From Dehalococcoidia bacterium (GTDB lineage Bacteria > Chloroflexota > Dehalococcoidia > Lucifugimonadales > UBA3495): a stretch of DNA of 37,385 nucleotides. The stretch is from NCBI GenBank assembly GCA_030740155.1, contig JASLXV010000035.1:1-37385 (forward strand), given 5' to 3'. This document shows, piece after piece, positions 8,363-16,575 of the stretch. The translations under genes were made by a program, and so were the position numbers. A model generated the notes under the pieces. The model saw nothing but the letters and a program-made list of their open reading frames with translations. It had not been told where the DNA came from and did not search any database. Each line of letters starts with the position of its first letter. Position 1 is the first letter of the stretch.

Positions 8363-8505
8363 GCCTAACAGCTGGTTAGCCGCACCGTTATGACGACATC
8401 GGCCAGGCAGGTAGGCCACAACTGGCCGCAGGGCCAAGACTAGGAGGACGTCATGGCAGCTGGATAATATGGGATCAAGGCTCCTCGAGACATAATCCGT
8501 TATGA
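8363..8505 (+). other. attC-like sequence (atypical)
   Basis: GCCTAAC (RYYYAAC) 20 bp after the stop codon, GTTATGA at 8499, internal imperfect IR ATGACG..CGTCAT; L-box pairing is non-canonical. Confidence 0.3.
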
Positions 8506-8626
8506 GTGGTCCCCGAAATTCCGCCGGACTCGCCCGATGACGCGGACTCGCCCACATGGCCGTCGCTGGTCACCAGTCCTAGCCTCCGATCGACCTCAGA
8601 TAACTCTCTACCCCCCCCCCCCCCCA

Positions 8627-9286
8627 TCACCCCGCCCCCGCAACCTCCACGGCCCGCATCAAACACACCCAGCTTCTTATCGTCAACGCCCGGCGGCGGG
8701 TGGCCAGCTTGAAGCTGGTGTCCCAGAGGGCCGCGTCGATGTTCGGGGGCCGGGCCCCGGTGTCTCGGGTTTCCTCCCAGTGGCCGGGGCCGTGATACCC
8801 GGTCAGCAGGATGATCTCCTGTGGGTCCGTGGCCGCCAGGGTGGTCCAGAGGCCCAGGATGCGCGCGTCCTGGGCTTCGATGCGCGGCCAGATGCCGTTC
8901 TCGGAGCAGTTGACGAAGTCGTCCAGGTCGGTTGGGCGGATGAAGAAACGGCGGTATCCGTAGATCGTTCTTCGGTCCTCGGCCGGGACCGGGGACTTGG
9001 GGAGGGATGAGATGGACCGCAGCAGGCGGACCTCCTGCTTTTCTATCAACCCATTATCCGGCGGACCGCTCTCCCGCCGCTCCTGCTGGGCCTGGGTCCA
9101 GGCGGCCAGGCCGGGGAACCCGGTGACCTCCAGCACTTCCTCCGGCGGGTAGCCGATGAACCCGCTCAACCGGCAAAGCAGTTTCCCTCCATCTGCGCTG
9201 GGGCCGGTCTGCCGGACGTACTCGTCCAACCCGTGGGACCGGAGTGTGGTCTGCCGCAGCTCGTAAGTTGCTTGTTCGTTCTGCAT
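8627..9286 (-). CDS. NIPSNAP-like dimeric alpha/beta-barrel protein (two domains)
   Basis: TYELRQTTL and IYGYRRFFIRP..ILGLWTT..EIILLTGY patterns; GGAGGT RBS. Confidence 0.7.
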   Translation of the reverse strand: MQNEQATYELRQTTLRSHGLDEYVRQTGPSADGGKLLCRLSGFIGYPPEEVLEVTGFPGLAAWTQAQQERRESGPPDNGLIEKQEVRLLRSISSLPKSPVPAEDRRTIYGYRRFFIRPTDLDDFVNCSENGIWPRIEAQDARILGLWTTLAATDPQEIILLTGYHGPGHWEETRDTGARPPNIDAALWDTSFKLATRRRALTIRSWVCLMRAVEVAGAG

Positions 9287-9330
9287 CGGTGGTTACCTCC
9301 TGGCCTGGCTTCTCGGAGATTGGCGCTCCG

Positions 9331-9419
9331 GGCGCGTCCTTGCGCGAAGGGAGTAAAGTTCCTCTGCGTTCTCTGTGCCTCTGTGGCTAACGGCGCGCCC
9401 TTGCGCCAAGAGCGTAAAG
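9331..9419. repeat. Two 28-bp direct repeats flanking a 33-bp CTCTGYG-type repeat
   Basis: GGCGCGTCCTTGCGCGAAGGGAGTAAAG (9331-9358) vs GGCGCGCCCTTGCGCCAAGAGCGTAAAG (9392-9419), 24/28 identical. Confidence 0.7.
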
Positions 9420-9716
9420 GACACGCTCGATTATAGCTGTCTTTCCAGCCGCCTGGGACGGCTTCCCGAACCCGTTACTGAACCGGCGGGCCGGGTCTCT
9501 TATCGCTTCGGCCACCGTATGCGGTCCTCCGGCCTCCGGTGGCGCCGGCCGGGTCTCGCCGCCCGGTTTTCCCGCGGTCCGGCTTGGCCAGGCCGCCGAT
9601 CTTCCCGATGCCGGGGAAAGTAGGTTGTCTGGGAAGAAGTGGCGCTAGTTCGACGCGGCTCAGGGATTTCCACTTCTTTCCCGATGGACCGGCCCTCGAC
9701 AACCGGGATTCTAGTA

Positions 9717-9745
9717 TTGCGAAAATCCCCGGAGTGTGCTACATT
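9717..9745 (+). promoter_or_regulatory. Sigma70-type promoter of the zinc-ribbon gene
   Basis: TTGCGA - 17 bp - TACATT with extended -10 TG. Confidence 0.6.
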
Positions 9746-9847
9746 TAGAAACTGGTTCTACATGTGTATCCCGTTGGCTTTTCCGCGAATGGTAAATTCC
9801 TCGGTGATCAATTGTAGCCCGACATTCATCCTTTAAGGAGATCACCA

Positions 9848-10204
9848 GTGGCATTTCAGGACAGAGATCTAACGTGCGTAGAGTGCAATCAAAGTTTCGT
9901 GTTTACGGCTGACGACCAGCAGTACCACGCGGACAAGGGGTATACAAACGAGCCCAAGCGTTGCCCATCTTGCCGGCAGGCCCGGCGCGCCAACCGCGGC
10001 TTTGACGGCGGCGGATTCGGCGGCGGCGGGTTCGGCGGCGGCCGGCGGGAGATGCATCCCGCGGTTTGCGCCGAGTGCGGCAAGGACACCGAAGTACCGT
10101 TCCGCCCCACTGGCGAGCGGCCGGTTTATTGCAGCGACTGCTACCGGCAGCAAAGCCCTCGCGGCGGCAGTGGCGGCGGCGGCGGCCGGTCGTACCAGTT
10201 CTAG
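9848..10204 (+). CDS. Zinc-ribbon protein (zf-trcl-type N-domain plus CxxC-x17-CxxC domain), Gly-rich, probably nucleic-acid binding
   Basis: FQDRDLTCVEC..FVFT..EPKRCPSCR and REMHPAVCAECG..VPFRP..PVYCSDCY; AAGGAG RBS, GTG start. Confidence 0.9.
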   Translation: MAFQDRDLTCVECNQSFVFTADDQQYHADKGYTNEPKRCPSCRQARRANRGFDGGGFGGGGFGGGRREMHPAVCAECGKDTEVPFRPTGERPVYCSDCYRQQSPRGGSGGGGGRSYQF

Positions 10205-10217
10205 GCGCTAGCTAAGC

Positions 10218-10244
10218 AGGGGGCCGTCTCAGACGGCCCCCTTT
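10218..10244 (+). terminator. Intrinsic terminator-like hairpin
   Basis: AGGGGGCCGTCT-C-AGACGGCCCCCT followed by a short T run, 14 bp after the stop codon. Confidence 0.7.
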
Positions 10245-10367
10245 AACGTCCGGCGTTCTCCCCGAACCTGCAGCGGCCCATCCTCCACACCCCCGGTATT
10301 TCCGGGTCCGCCTCAAGGTCTTCATCTAGCCTCGCGCCGTGGATTGTCGCGTTTCCCGTGCCGGGGG

Positions 10368-11075
10368 CTAGCACTCGAATACGTCTATGAACTGGCCGGT
10401 CATGTCCCTCGGGGCTCTGGCCGCCAGGAACAGGGCCGCCTCGGCGATTTCCTCCGGAGTGCTCCACTCGGTGCCCCCGTCTGGATGGGACTCCCTCGCC
10501 ATATCCGTGTCCACCCACCCCGGATTGATGCCGTTGACTCGAATCCCGTGGGGTCGCAAGGAGCGGGCCAGGGAGGCGGTGTAACCAACTACCCCCCATT
10601 TGCTGGCATTGTAGGGGCCGGCGTTCCCATCCGCCGTGCGGCCCGAGGACGAGCCTATGTTAATGATGACGCCCTTGCCCGCGGCCATCATGTGGGGGAT
10701 CACGGCGTGGCAGCAGAGGAAGACCCCTCGCAGGTTGATCGTCATCATGGCATCCCATTGCTCTACCGTGGTCGACCATACCGGGGTGTCGGGGGTGTGG
10801 ACGCCGGCGTTGTTGACCAGGATGTCGATCTGCCCCCACGCCGACATCACCCGGCCCACGGCCTCGACGACCTGATCGTCGCGAGCAACGTCGAGGGCGA
10901 AGGCCCTGGCGTCTCCCCCCGAGGCGACGATTTCGGCGGTAACGCTCTCCCGCCTGGCCTCGGTACGGCCCGTCACGGCGACCCGAGCCCCCTCTCGCGC
11001 GAATTCCAGCGCGATGGACCGGCCGATCCCTCGCCCGGCTCCGGTGATAAGAGCAACCTTGCCTGTAAGGTCCAT
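10368..11075 (-). CDS. SDR family NAD(P)-dependent oxidoreductase
   Basis: ATG 11075 with GGGAGG RBS; TGAGRGIG, NNAG, YNASK, PGWVDT. Confidence 0.93.
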   Translation of the reverse strand: MDLTGKVALITGAGRGIGRSIALEFAREGARVAVTGRTEARRESVTAEIVASGGDARAFALDVARDDQVVEAVGRVMSAWGQIDILVNNAGVHTPDTPVWSTTVEQWDAMMTINLRGVFLCCHAVIPHMMAAGKGVIINIGSSSGRTADGNAGPYNASKWGVVGYTASLARSLRPHGIRVNGINPGWVDTDMARESHPDGGTEWSTPEEIAEAALFLAARAPRDMTGQFIDVFEC

Positions 11076-11455
11076 GGGTGCCTCCCGCGTGCGACCCGGC
11101 CGGCTAATGCGGCGGCCGGTCCGGCCTGTCCTCGTTGTCGCTGTGTAAAGACGCTGTAGGGACTGGCTGACCTCGGCCTTCACCCCAGGTGCCGGCGACG
11201 GGTAGTTTTGGCGCCTGGAGAAGGACCCCTAACCTTCTCCCTTCGCATTGGGGGAAGGAACCGGCCTGTTCCCGCGAGGTCGAGGGGGTGAATTCCGGCG
11301 CATCCCCGAGACCGCCCGAGTTGGGCCGGTCGGACTCGCCTGGTCAGCGGGCTTTGCTCCCGCCGCGGTCTTGGGGTAGCCGGCTTGAGATCATCCGCGC
11401 ACTCGCCGCCGATGACCGGCGTGGGTGGCCTACTGCAAAGCTATGGGAAGCGCTT

Positions 11456-11799
11456 CTACAGGGCCTCGTCGCCCTGTTCCCCAGGACGAACCCGGATGGC
11501 GTTCGACACGGGAAACACAAAGATCTTCCCGTCGCCGATGTGTCCCGTTCGGGCGTTATCCATGATGGTGTCGATAGTCTTTTGGGTGTCGGCGTCGCTG
11601 ACCACCAGCTCGAGCTTCACCTTGGCCAGCATGTCCACCACGTAGGTCCCCACGCCCCGGGGCCCACCGACAACCACTCCCTTTTGCGCCCCCCGTCCGG
11701 TAACGTGAGCTACGTTCAAGCCCACCACCCTAATTCAGACAGAGCGTCCTTTACGGGGGCCAGTTTTTCCGGCCGGATGATAGCTTCGATCTTGTTCAT
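11456..11799 (-). pseudogene. glnB: P-II nitrogen regulatory protein (GlnB/GlnK family) with a 1-bp frameshift
   Basis: MNKIEAIIRPEKL.. from ATG 11799 (GAGGAG RBS) reads to TTAGGG near 11730, then continues in another frame as VVGLNV..GRGAQKG..KVKLE..RTGHIGDGKIFV; total length 344 nt, one short of a codon multiple. Confidence 0.85.
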
Positions 11800-12145
11800 G
11801 AATTTCTCCTCGGCAGTGTGCGGGATGCCCGCCAAACGCTTCAGGTCGCGTTTCGGCCCTGCCTACCCGCGATGATATCGGCTATGGGTTCGCTCTGTAT
11901 CCATCATAGCCCATTTCCCTGCCGTCTGCCCTCAATGGTTCTTCGGGGAGCACCATCAGACTCCAGGCACGGAACCGGTCCCGCTACTCCTACCCGGCAC
12001 GCCGGCGACGACGCTCCGGCCCTCGGCGGCATTCTCGAGATGTGGTTCGCCAAAACCGGCGCCGATCCTGCCGGATGATTGCCGCCACCGGAGCCGGTGG
12101 TCTTGAGACAGTTGCCCGACGCGGCCGGCGGACCGACTGCCGGTT

Positions 12146-12279
12146 CTAGTACTCAGTCAACCTAAATCTGCGAATTGTCATTCTGAGCGAAGCGAAGAAT
12201 CTCAGCGTAACAATGAGATTCTTCGTCTCTCTGGTCCTCAGAATGACATCCTGCCAAAACCAAGTTGACTGAGTACTAG
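12146..12279. mobile_element. 134-bp MITE with perfect 16-bp terminal inverted repeats and an internal REP doublet
   Basis: CTAGTACTCAGTCAAC (12146-12161) / GTTGACTGAGTACTAG (12264-12279); internal TGTCATTCTGAG..CGAAGAATCTC / GAGATTCTTCG..CTCAGAATGACA; right end overlaps the TAG stop of the cytidylyltransferase. Confidence 0.85.
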
Positions 12280-12686
12280 CAGCCTCTTTCCCTGACCCGG
12301 CGGAGAATTTCCGTGGTTGAAATACCGCCGGTGTAGGGCACCGTGCGAAGAATCCCCATGTCGCCGGGCACCTTGTGGCTGTGCTCCAGTTGCTCACGGG
12401 TGTAGTCATCCCCGTGCACCACCAGGTGAATGTCGTGCTCGTCGATCCAGGCACGGTCGATGATCCACGGGGCGTTGGGAAGCACCTCGTCCACCCACTG
12501 GCAACCGGCCACAGAGGCGATGCGCTCTTCCATCGTGAGTATGGGTGTTCTCTTGTTGGTCTCCGCCACGTCGTCGGCGTGGATACCCACCACCAGGTAA
12601 TCTCCCAGGGCCCGGGCTTGCTTCAAGAATGCAACGTGACCGTAGTGGAAGAGGTCGGCCACCATATCTGCGTAGACACGTATCAT
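12276..12686 (-). CDS. Cytidylyltransferase family protein (TagD/choline/ethanolamine-phosphate type)
   Basis: DLFHYGH (HxGH), KRTPILTMEER, VHGDD, ISTT. Confidence 0.92.
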   Translation of the reverse strand: MIRVYADMVADLFHYGHVAFLKQARALGDYLVVGIHADDVAETNKRTPILTMEERIASVAGCQWVDEVLPNAPWIIDRAWIDEHDIHLVVHGDDYTREQLEHSHKVPGDMGILRTVPYTGGISTTEILRRVRERGC

Positions 12687-12739
12687 CGAATCGTCACATT
12701 TTACCTTTGTCCTGGGTCAGGCGCTGGATGGCGGCGGCC

Positions 12740-13735
12740 TCATTCCGATACAAATGCGAAATGACGGGCGGAGCCGGATACAGGATTTGGCCGGTGAATA
12801 TAGGTGCCGCCCGGAGCCATCTTCTCCTCGTAGAGCACTTCCTCGTAATCGCCATAGCTGATGATGACGGAGTAAACGTCGCTGCCGGGCAGGTAGAACC
12901 GGGCGTAGCCCTTCTTGTCGGTGCGGTAGCGGCCGACTCGGGCGACCATGACCTCGGCACCGGAAACAGGGTTGTCCTCAACGTCGAGGACCCTGATTTT
13001 GCCGGCGCGCCATTGAAAGAGGTTGTTGACGAGGAACTGCATGAACTTGCTGCCGTGGCCGGGAATGAGGGCCTCCGGAACCATTAGGACCACGTCTCTC
13101 TCAAACGCGTATCTCTTTGGGGTCGTCCATTCCGGACCGTACTTGAGACGAAGGTATTCCTCGGGCGGATCTGGCACGAGGAAACTCTCGCCGAGGAAGT
13201 CGATCTCTCTTAGCTCGGTGAACAGCCTGGCGGGCATCCTGAGTCCGGGAAAGTGAAATATGTCGCCGCCAATGACCCGGTAGCAAGTCCAGTCCAGCCT
13301 TATTGACGACCTAATCATGCACATGGCGACTGAGTGTTCGCCGTGTTCAACCCTGACGAAATACCCGACATCCCTGAAGCTGTCGACAACCGGGCCGATC
13401 GCCTCCTCGGTGAGCCCATTAACCCCAAGTATGGAGCCCAGGTCCAGGTCGTCATCCCACGGAATGATTCTCTGTTCCCGAACCGCACCGAGGCAGGTGC
13501 CCTGCCGCAGAAACACGACCACGCCGTGGCGGCCCATGATCTGCTTGGCTTCCTTCAGCATCACCTCGGCGGTGGCCGAATCCACCGGCTCCGGCGCGAC
13601 CATCGATTTCTCCAGGCTCGCCTCGTCCGCTCCACTACCCGTAGCCAAATTTGCTCCTTTTCCGGCCAAGCCGGTTGCCGCTAGATTCCAGAGGGGAACG
13701 GCCTCGGATGCAGCTGACCTGCCGGGTTCGGGCAT
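12740..13735 (-). CDS. LicD family phosphotransferase with C-terminal beta-sandwich domain (start uncertain, alternative ATG 13603)
   Basis: GTCLGAVRE..IIPWDDDLDLG and F.VPDPPEEYL..KYG..W.TP LicD motifs; C-terminal PVSGAEV..TDKKGYARF. Confidence 0.85.
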   Translation of the reverse strand: MPEPGRSAASEAVPLWNLAATGLAGKGANLATGSGADEASLEKSMVAPEPVDSATAEVMLKEAKQIMGRHGVVVFLRQGTCLGAVREQRIIPWDDDLDLGSILGVNGLTEEAIGPVVDSFRDVGYFVRVEHGEHSVAMCMIRSSIRLDWTCYRVIGGDIFHFPGLRMPARLFTELREIDFLGESFLVPDPPEEYLRLKYGPEWTTPKRYAFERDVVLMVPEALIPGHGSKFMQFLVNNLFQWRAGKIRVLDVEDNPVSGAEVMVARVGRYRTDKKGYARFYLPGSDVYSVIISYGDYEEVLYEEKMAPGGTYIHRPNPVSGSARHFAFVSE

Positions 13736-14100
13736 GGCCCGGCTCAGGCCCGTCCGGAGTTAAGCCGGCCGTTCAAAGCGGTGCAGTCAAGCCTCCAACC
13801 GGTTTGCTTGAGGCTCGTCACAATTCACCACGGCTGGATCAATTGTCCGGGATAGTATAATCCTTCTGACAAGAACCCGCCGATGGCCACACCAGAAAAG
13901 CCCGAGGTCGGTGCAAAGCGCTACGCAACGCGTCGCCGGCTAGACGACAAGATAGGAGGGTCAATGTGATACGGCAAGAAAGAGGAGGTGAAACGATACG
14001 GTGGGCAAGAGGAATTCAAGAAGCAACAGCAGGCGGCAACGATGCAGAGACGACGAGGACCGCGCCGGGTCGTAGGGTGATGGGCTTGGCCTGGTCTCCT

Positions 14101-14337
14101 CTACGCGTAGGTGAATATTTCTACGGCGTTGGAGCTTGACGGCGCCGGGGAGGTCCACGATTGCCAGATTGGATTGTTCCTCGTGCCGCTTATTGGCTCG
14201 TGGAGGCTACCGTTTCGGCACGTGAGGTAGTAGAGGCCGTCCTGGTCGCGGCCCAAGGCCAGATACAGCCCGGCTCCGCACTCGGCGCAACGATGGGTCA
14301 AGACGAGCCGTTGGCCTTCCGGATATCTAACTCGCAT
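14101..14337 (-). CDS. Small hypothetical Cys/His protein (possible zinc finger)
   Basis: GGAGG RBS 6 nt before ATG; CAECG..LTC....H pattern. Confidence 0.4.
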   Translation of the reverse strand: MRVRYPEGQRLVLTHRCAECGAGLYLALGRDQDGLYYLTCRNGSLHEPISGTRNNPIWQSWTSPAPSSSNAVEIFTYA

Positions 14338-14630
14338 CAGCAGCCTCCGCTGTTCGATAGATTGCATTCGCGTTTCGGGCGGCCCAAGATAGGGACGGCA
14401 AGGAGCGGCAAAGCGAGGAATTCCAAAGTGAGAAGCGAATCTACGAGTGCCCTACCCGGGTCCAGGCACTCACGTACGACCTCCAATCGGCCGCAGCCTA
14501 TAACCCCAGCATGGCGGATCGAGACCCCGGTGGGCACGGTGTCAGCACCCAGCTTGGCCGGGTGCACAACCAGCAAGAGGAACGATAACTTGGTGCTTCA
14601 GACCGCCGATTGTACCTGGGGGAGCGAGAA

Positions 14631-14656
14631 GCCGGTATTGGTGGCCGGTATTGGTG
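14631..14656. repeat. Perfect 13-bp tandem duplication
   Basis: GCCGGTATTGGTG x2. Confidence 0.8.
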
Positions 14657-15079
14657 ATTGATAAAATGGCTCTAGGCGGTAGATTGCGCCAATATATTGC
14701 TGGAGCTGTCAAATGACAACCAGGCTGTTGCTAGCGGCGGCGCGTGAGGGACCTGGATGCCCGGAAGCCGTTGACCGAGCAGTGGGGCTGGGCCATGACC
14801 TGGGCAATTCGGAAGGCGAAATCGACGGGTTAAAGCCGCAGAGTTAGTGCGCGGCCAGGCTGGCGGTCCGAGGCCAACGGGCCTTACCGGCACGGGTGGA
14901 CATGCGGGCGCTCACCGGTTCTCCCGCTGCCGGTGGCTGGGTTGATACCGCCTAGCATTGGGAGAACCGCCCCTACGCATGCATTGGCAGGCGGGACGCC
15001 GGACGGGCTCGAACGACTGCGGTGCTATCGAATGGCTGGGTGGAAGGGAGTTCCAGTAAGATTTGCCGGGAACTCCACC

Positions 15080-16195
15080 TCAGTCCCGGGAGGGCAACAC
15101 CACCGTGGCCCCGCCGCGGATGGTCCGCTCCCCGCGCTGGTCGTATCCCCAGAGTTCCAGGTCCACCAGCGGCTGGCCGGCCTCACGCCGCTTCCCGCTG
15201 ACGGTGCCTTTCAGCCAATGGGTGTCGCCGTTGAGGTTGTGGCGGCGTACCTCGCCCCAGAACGATTTGATCAGGCCGTCGTCACCTATCCAGTTGGTGA
15301 CCACCTGGCACAGCCAGGATACCCGCTGGGGGCCGTAATCGTAGGCCTCCGGCACACCGACGCGGCGGGCAAACTCGGACTCCCAGTGCACCCGCTCGGG
15401 GACGTCCGGGATGCCGGCGTCGTTGGGGATGAAGGCGCCGGGATGCTTCTTGTAGAAGTCCACCGCCACCTTGTGGGCGTAGACGAAGGGGTTGAATCCC
15501 CAGCCAATCTTCCAGGCGATGTTGTCGGTGACCCGCAGGGGACCCTTCACCACATGGGGCACCTCCTGGTCCACCTCCACGTCCTCCCAGTAGCGAGGCT
15601 CGGCCCCCCGCACCTCCTCTTTGTCGTAGTCGGCGAAGATCTTGTCGATCTCCTCCGGCGTGTAAGTGGCCGCCTTCAGCTCATGGTACTTGCCCTTGTC
15701 CTGGGCCGCATCCCGCTCCGTCCGCATGGACCATTGCCGGAGCTTGCCGATTGGCTGACCATCCGGGGTGGTGAAGGTGTAGGTGAACTCTTGGAGAATG
15801 GCGGGACCGGCGAACCTGGTCTGCTTTGGCGTGAGGCCACTTGGCGTAACCGTGGCCCTGATGCCGGTTCCCGCCCGGAGGGGGCCCTCCATCTCGAAGG
15901 ATGCGCCGGACCACATTCCATGGACGCCGGCCAGTCCCCGTGGCGCGCCGATCCCTTCGCAGCTGAAGAGGAAGGTCGGTGGGGCCACCTGGCTGCCCCA
16001 GCGAGTCCCCTTCGCATAATCTTCGTCGCTGAACAGGGGGTTGGTGTCCCCTATGCCGTAGGCGAAGTGGGCGATCGTGTCGACGGTGGCGTTGCGGTTG
16101 AAGGGGTTCTTAACGGGCAGGGGCTTGCCCAGAAACTGGCGCAGGCGGTCCAGTTCCTTCTCAGTAATCTTGGGGAACTCATTCTGTTCGGCCAC
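15080..16195 (-). CDS. Tandem MaoC/FAS1-type hot-dog dehydratase
   Basis: GTG 16195 with GGAGGTG RBS; FAYGIGDTNPLF..APPTF (N-domain); YWEDVEVD..HWE..A..VGVP.AYDYG..W (C-domain). Confidence 0.85.
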   Translation of the reverse strand: MAEQNEFPKITEKELDRLRQFLGKPLPVKNPFNRNATVDTIAHFAYGIGDTNPLFSDEDYAKGTRWGSQVAPPTFLFSCEGIGAPRGLAGVHGMWSGASFEMEGPLRAGTGIRATVTPSGLTPKQTRFAGPAILQEFTYTFTTPDGQPIGKLRQWSMRTERDAAQDKGKYHELKAATYTPEEIDKIFADYDKEEVRGAEPRYWEDVEVDQEVPHVVKGPLRVTDNIAWKIGWGFNPFVYAHKVAVDFYKKHPGAFIPNDAGIPDVPERVHWESEFARRVGVPEAYDYGPQRVSWLCQVVTNWIGDDGLIKSFWGEVRRHNLNGDTHWLKGTVSGKRREAGQPLVDLELWGYDQRGERTIRGGATVVLPSRD

Positions 16196-16327
16196 GCTGG
16201 CACCTCCGTTGGGAATGGGTCCGCCTCGCCGGGCGGCCTTCCAGCCTGAAATCGATGGCTCCACTGCTGGGCGCCGCCCGGCGGCAAGCCCCATTGTATG
16301 TCCGGGCTTGAGCCGGGTCAACCGCAG

Positions 16328-16395
16328 GCCCTCACCCAGCCCAGGCTGCGCCAGGGCATCCCTCTCCCTGAGGGAGAGGATACGAGGGTGAGGGC
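16328..16395. repeat. REP-like element (CCCTCACCC..CCTCTCCC..GGGAGAGG family)
   Basis: GCCCTCACCC / GGGTGAGGGC terminal IR plus CCTCTCCCTGAGGGAGAGG hairpin; second copy at 20354-20413. Confidence 0.75.
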
Positions 16396-16575
16396 CCCCC
16401 TCGCTACCGGTCAAACGCAATCTCACGAAGCGAAAAGATGGTTTCGCGATCTCGACCGGATGTTGACGGCGCATGCCGGTGATACTACGATGGCCTTTGT
16501 CGGGGACCGCACTCCGCTTGGGGCCAGGCATTTCGAAATGGGCAAACCCGGCTAAAACTCGAAGGAGCGCTGAAC

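Noticed and set aside
8611..8625. C15 homopolymer as a phase-variation switch
   Set aside because: It lies between convergent gene ends, not in a coding region or promoter, and its length may be a sequencing artefact.
9331..9419. CRISPR array
   Set aside because: Only two imperfect repeats, a low-complexity spacer and no cas genes; kept only as a low-interest finding.
13964..14080. RBS-ATG-TGA then an open frame as a tiny selenoprotein
   Set aside because: No SECIS-like hairpin after the TGA and no recognisable homology.
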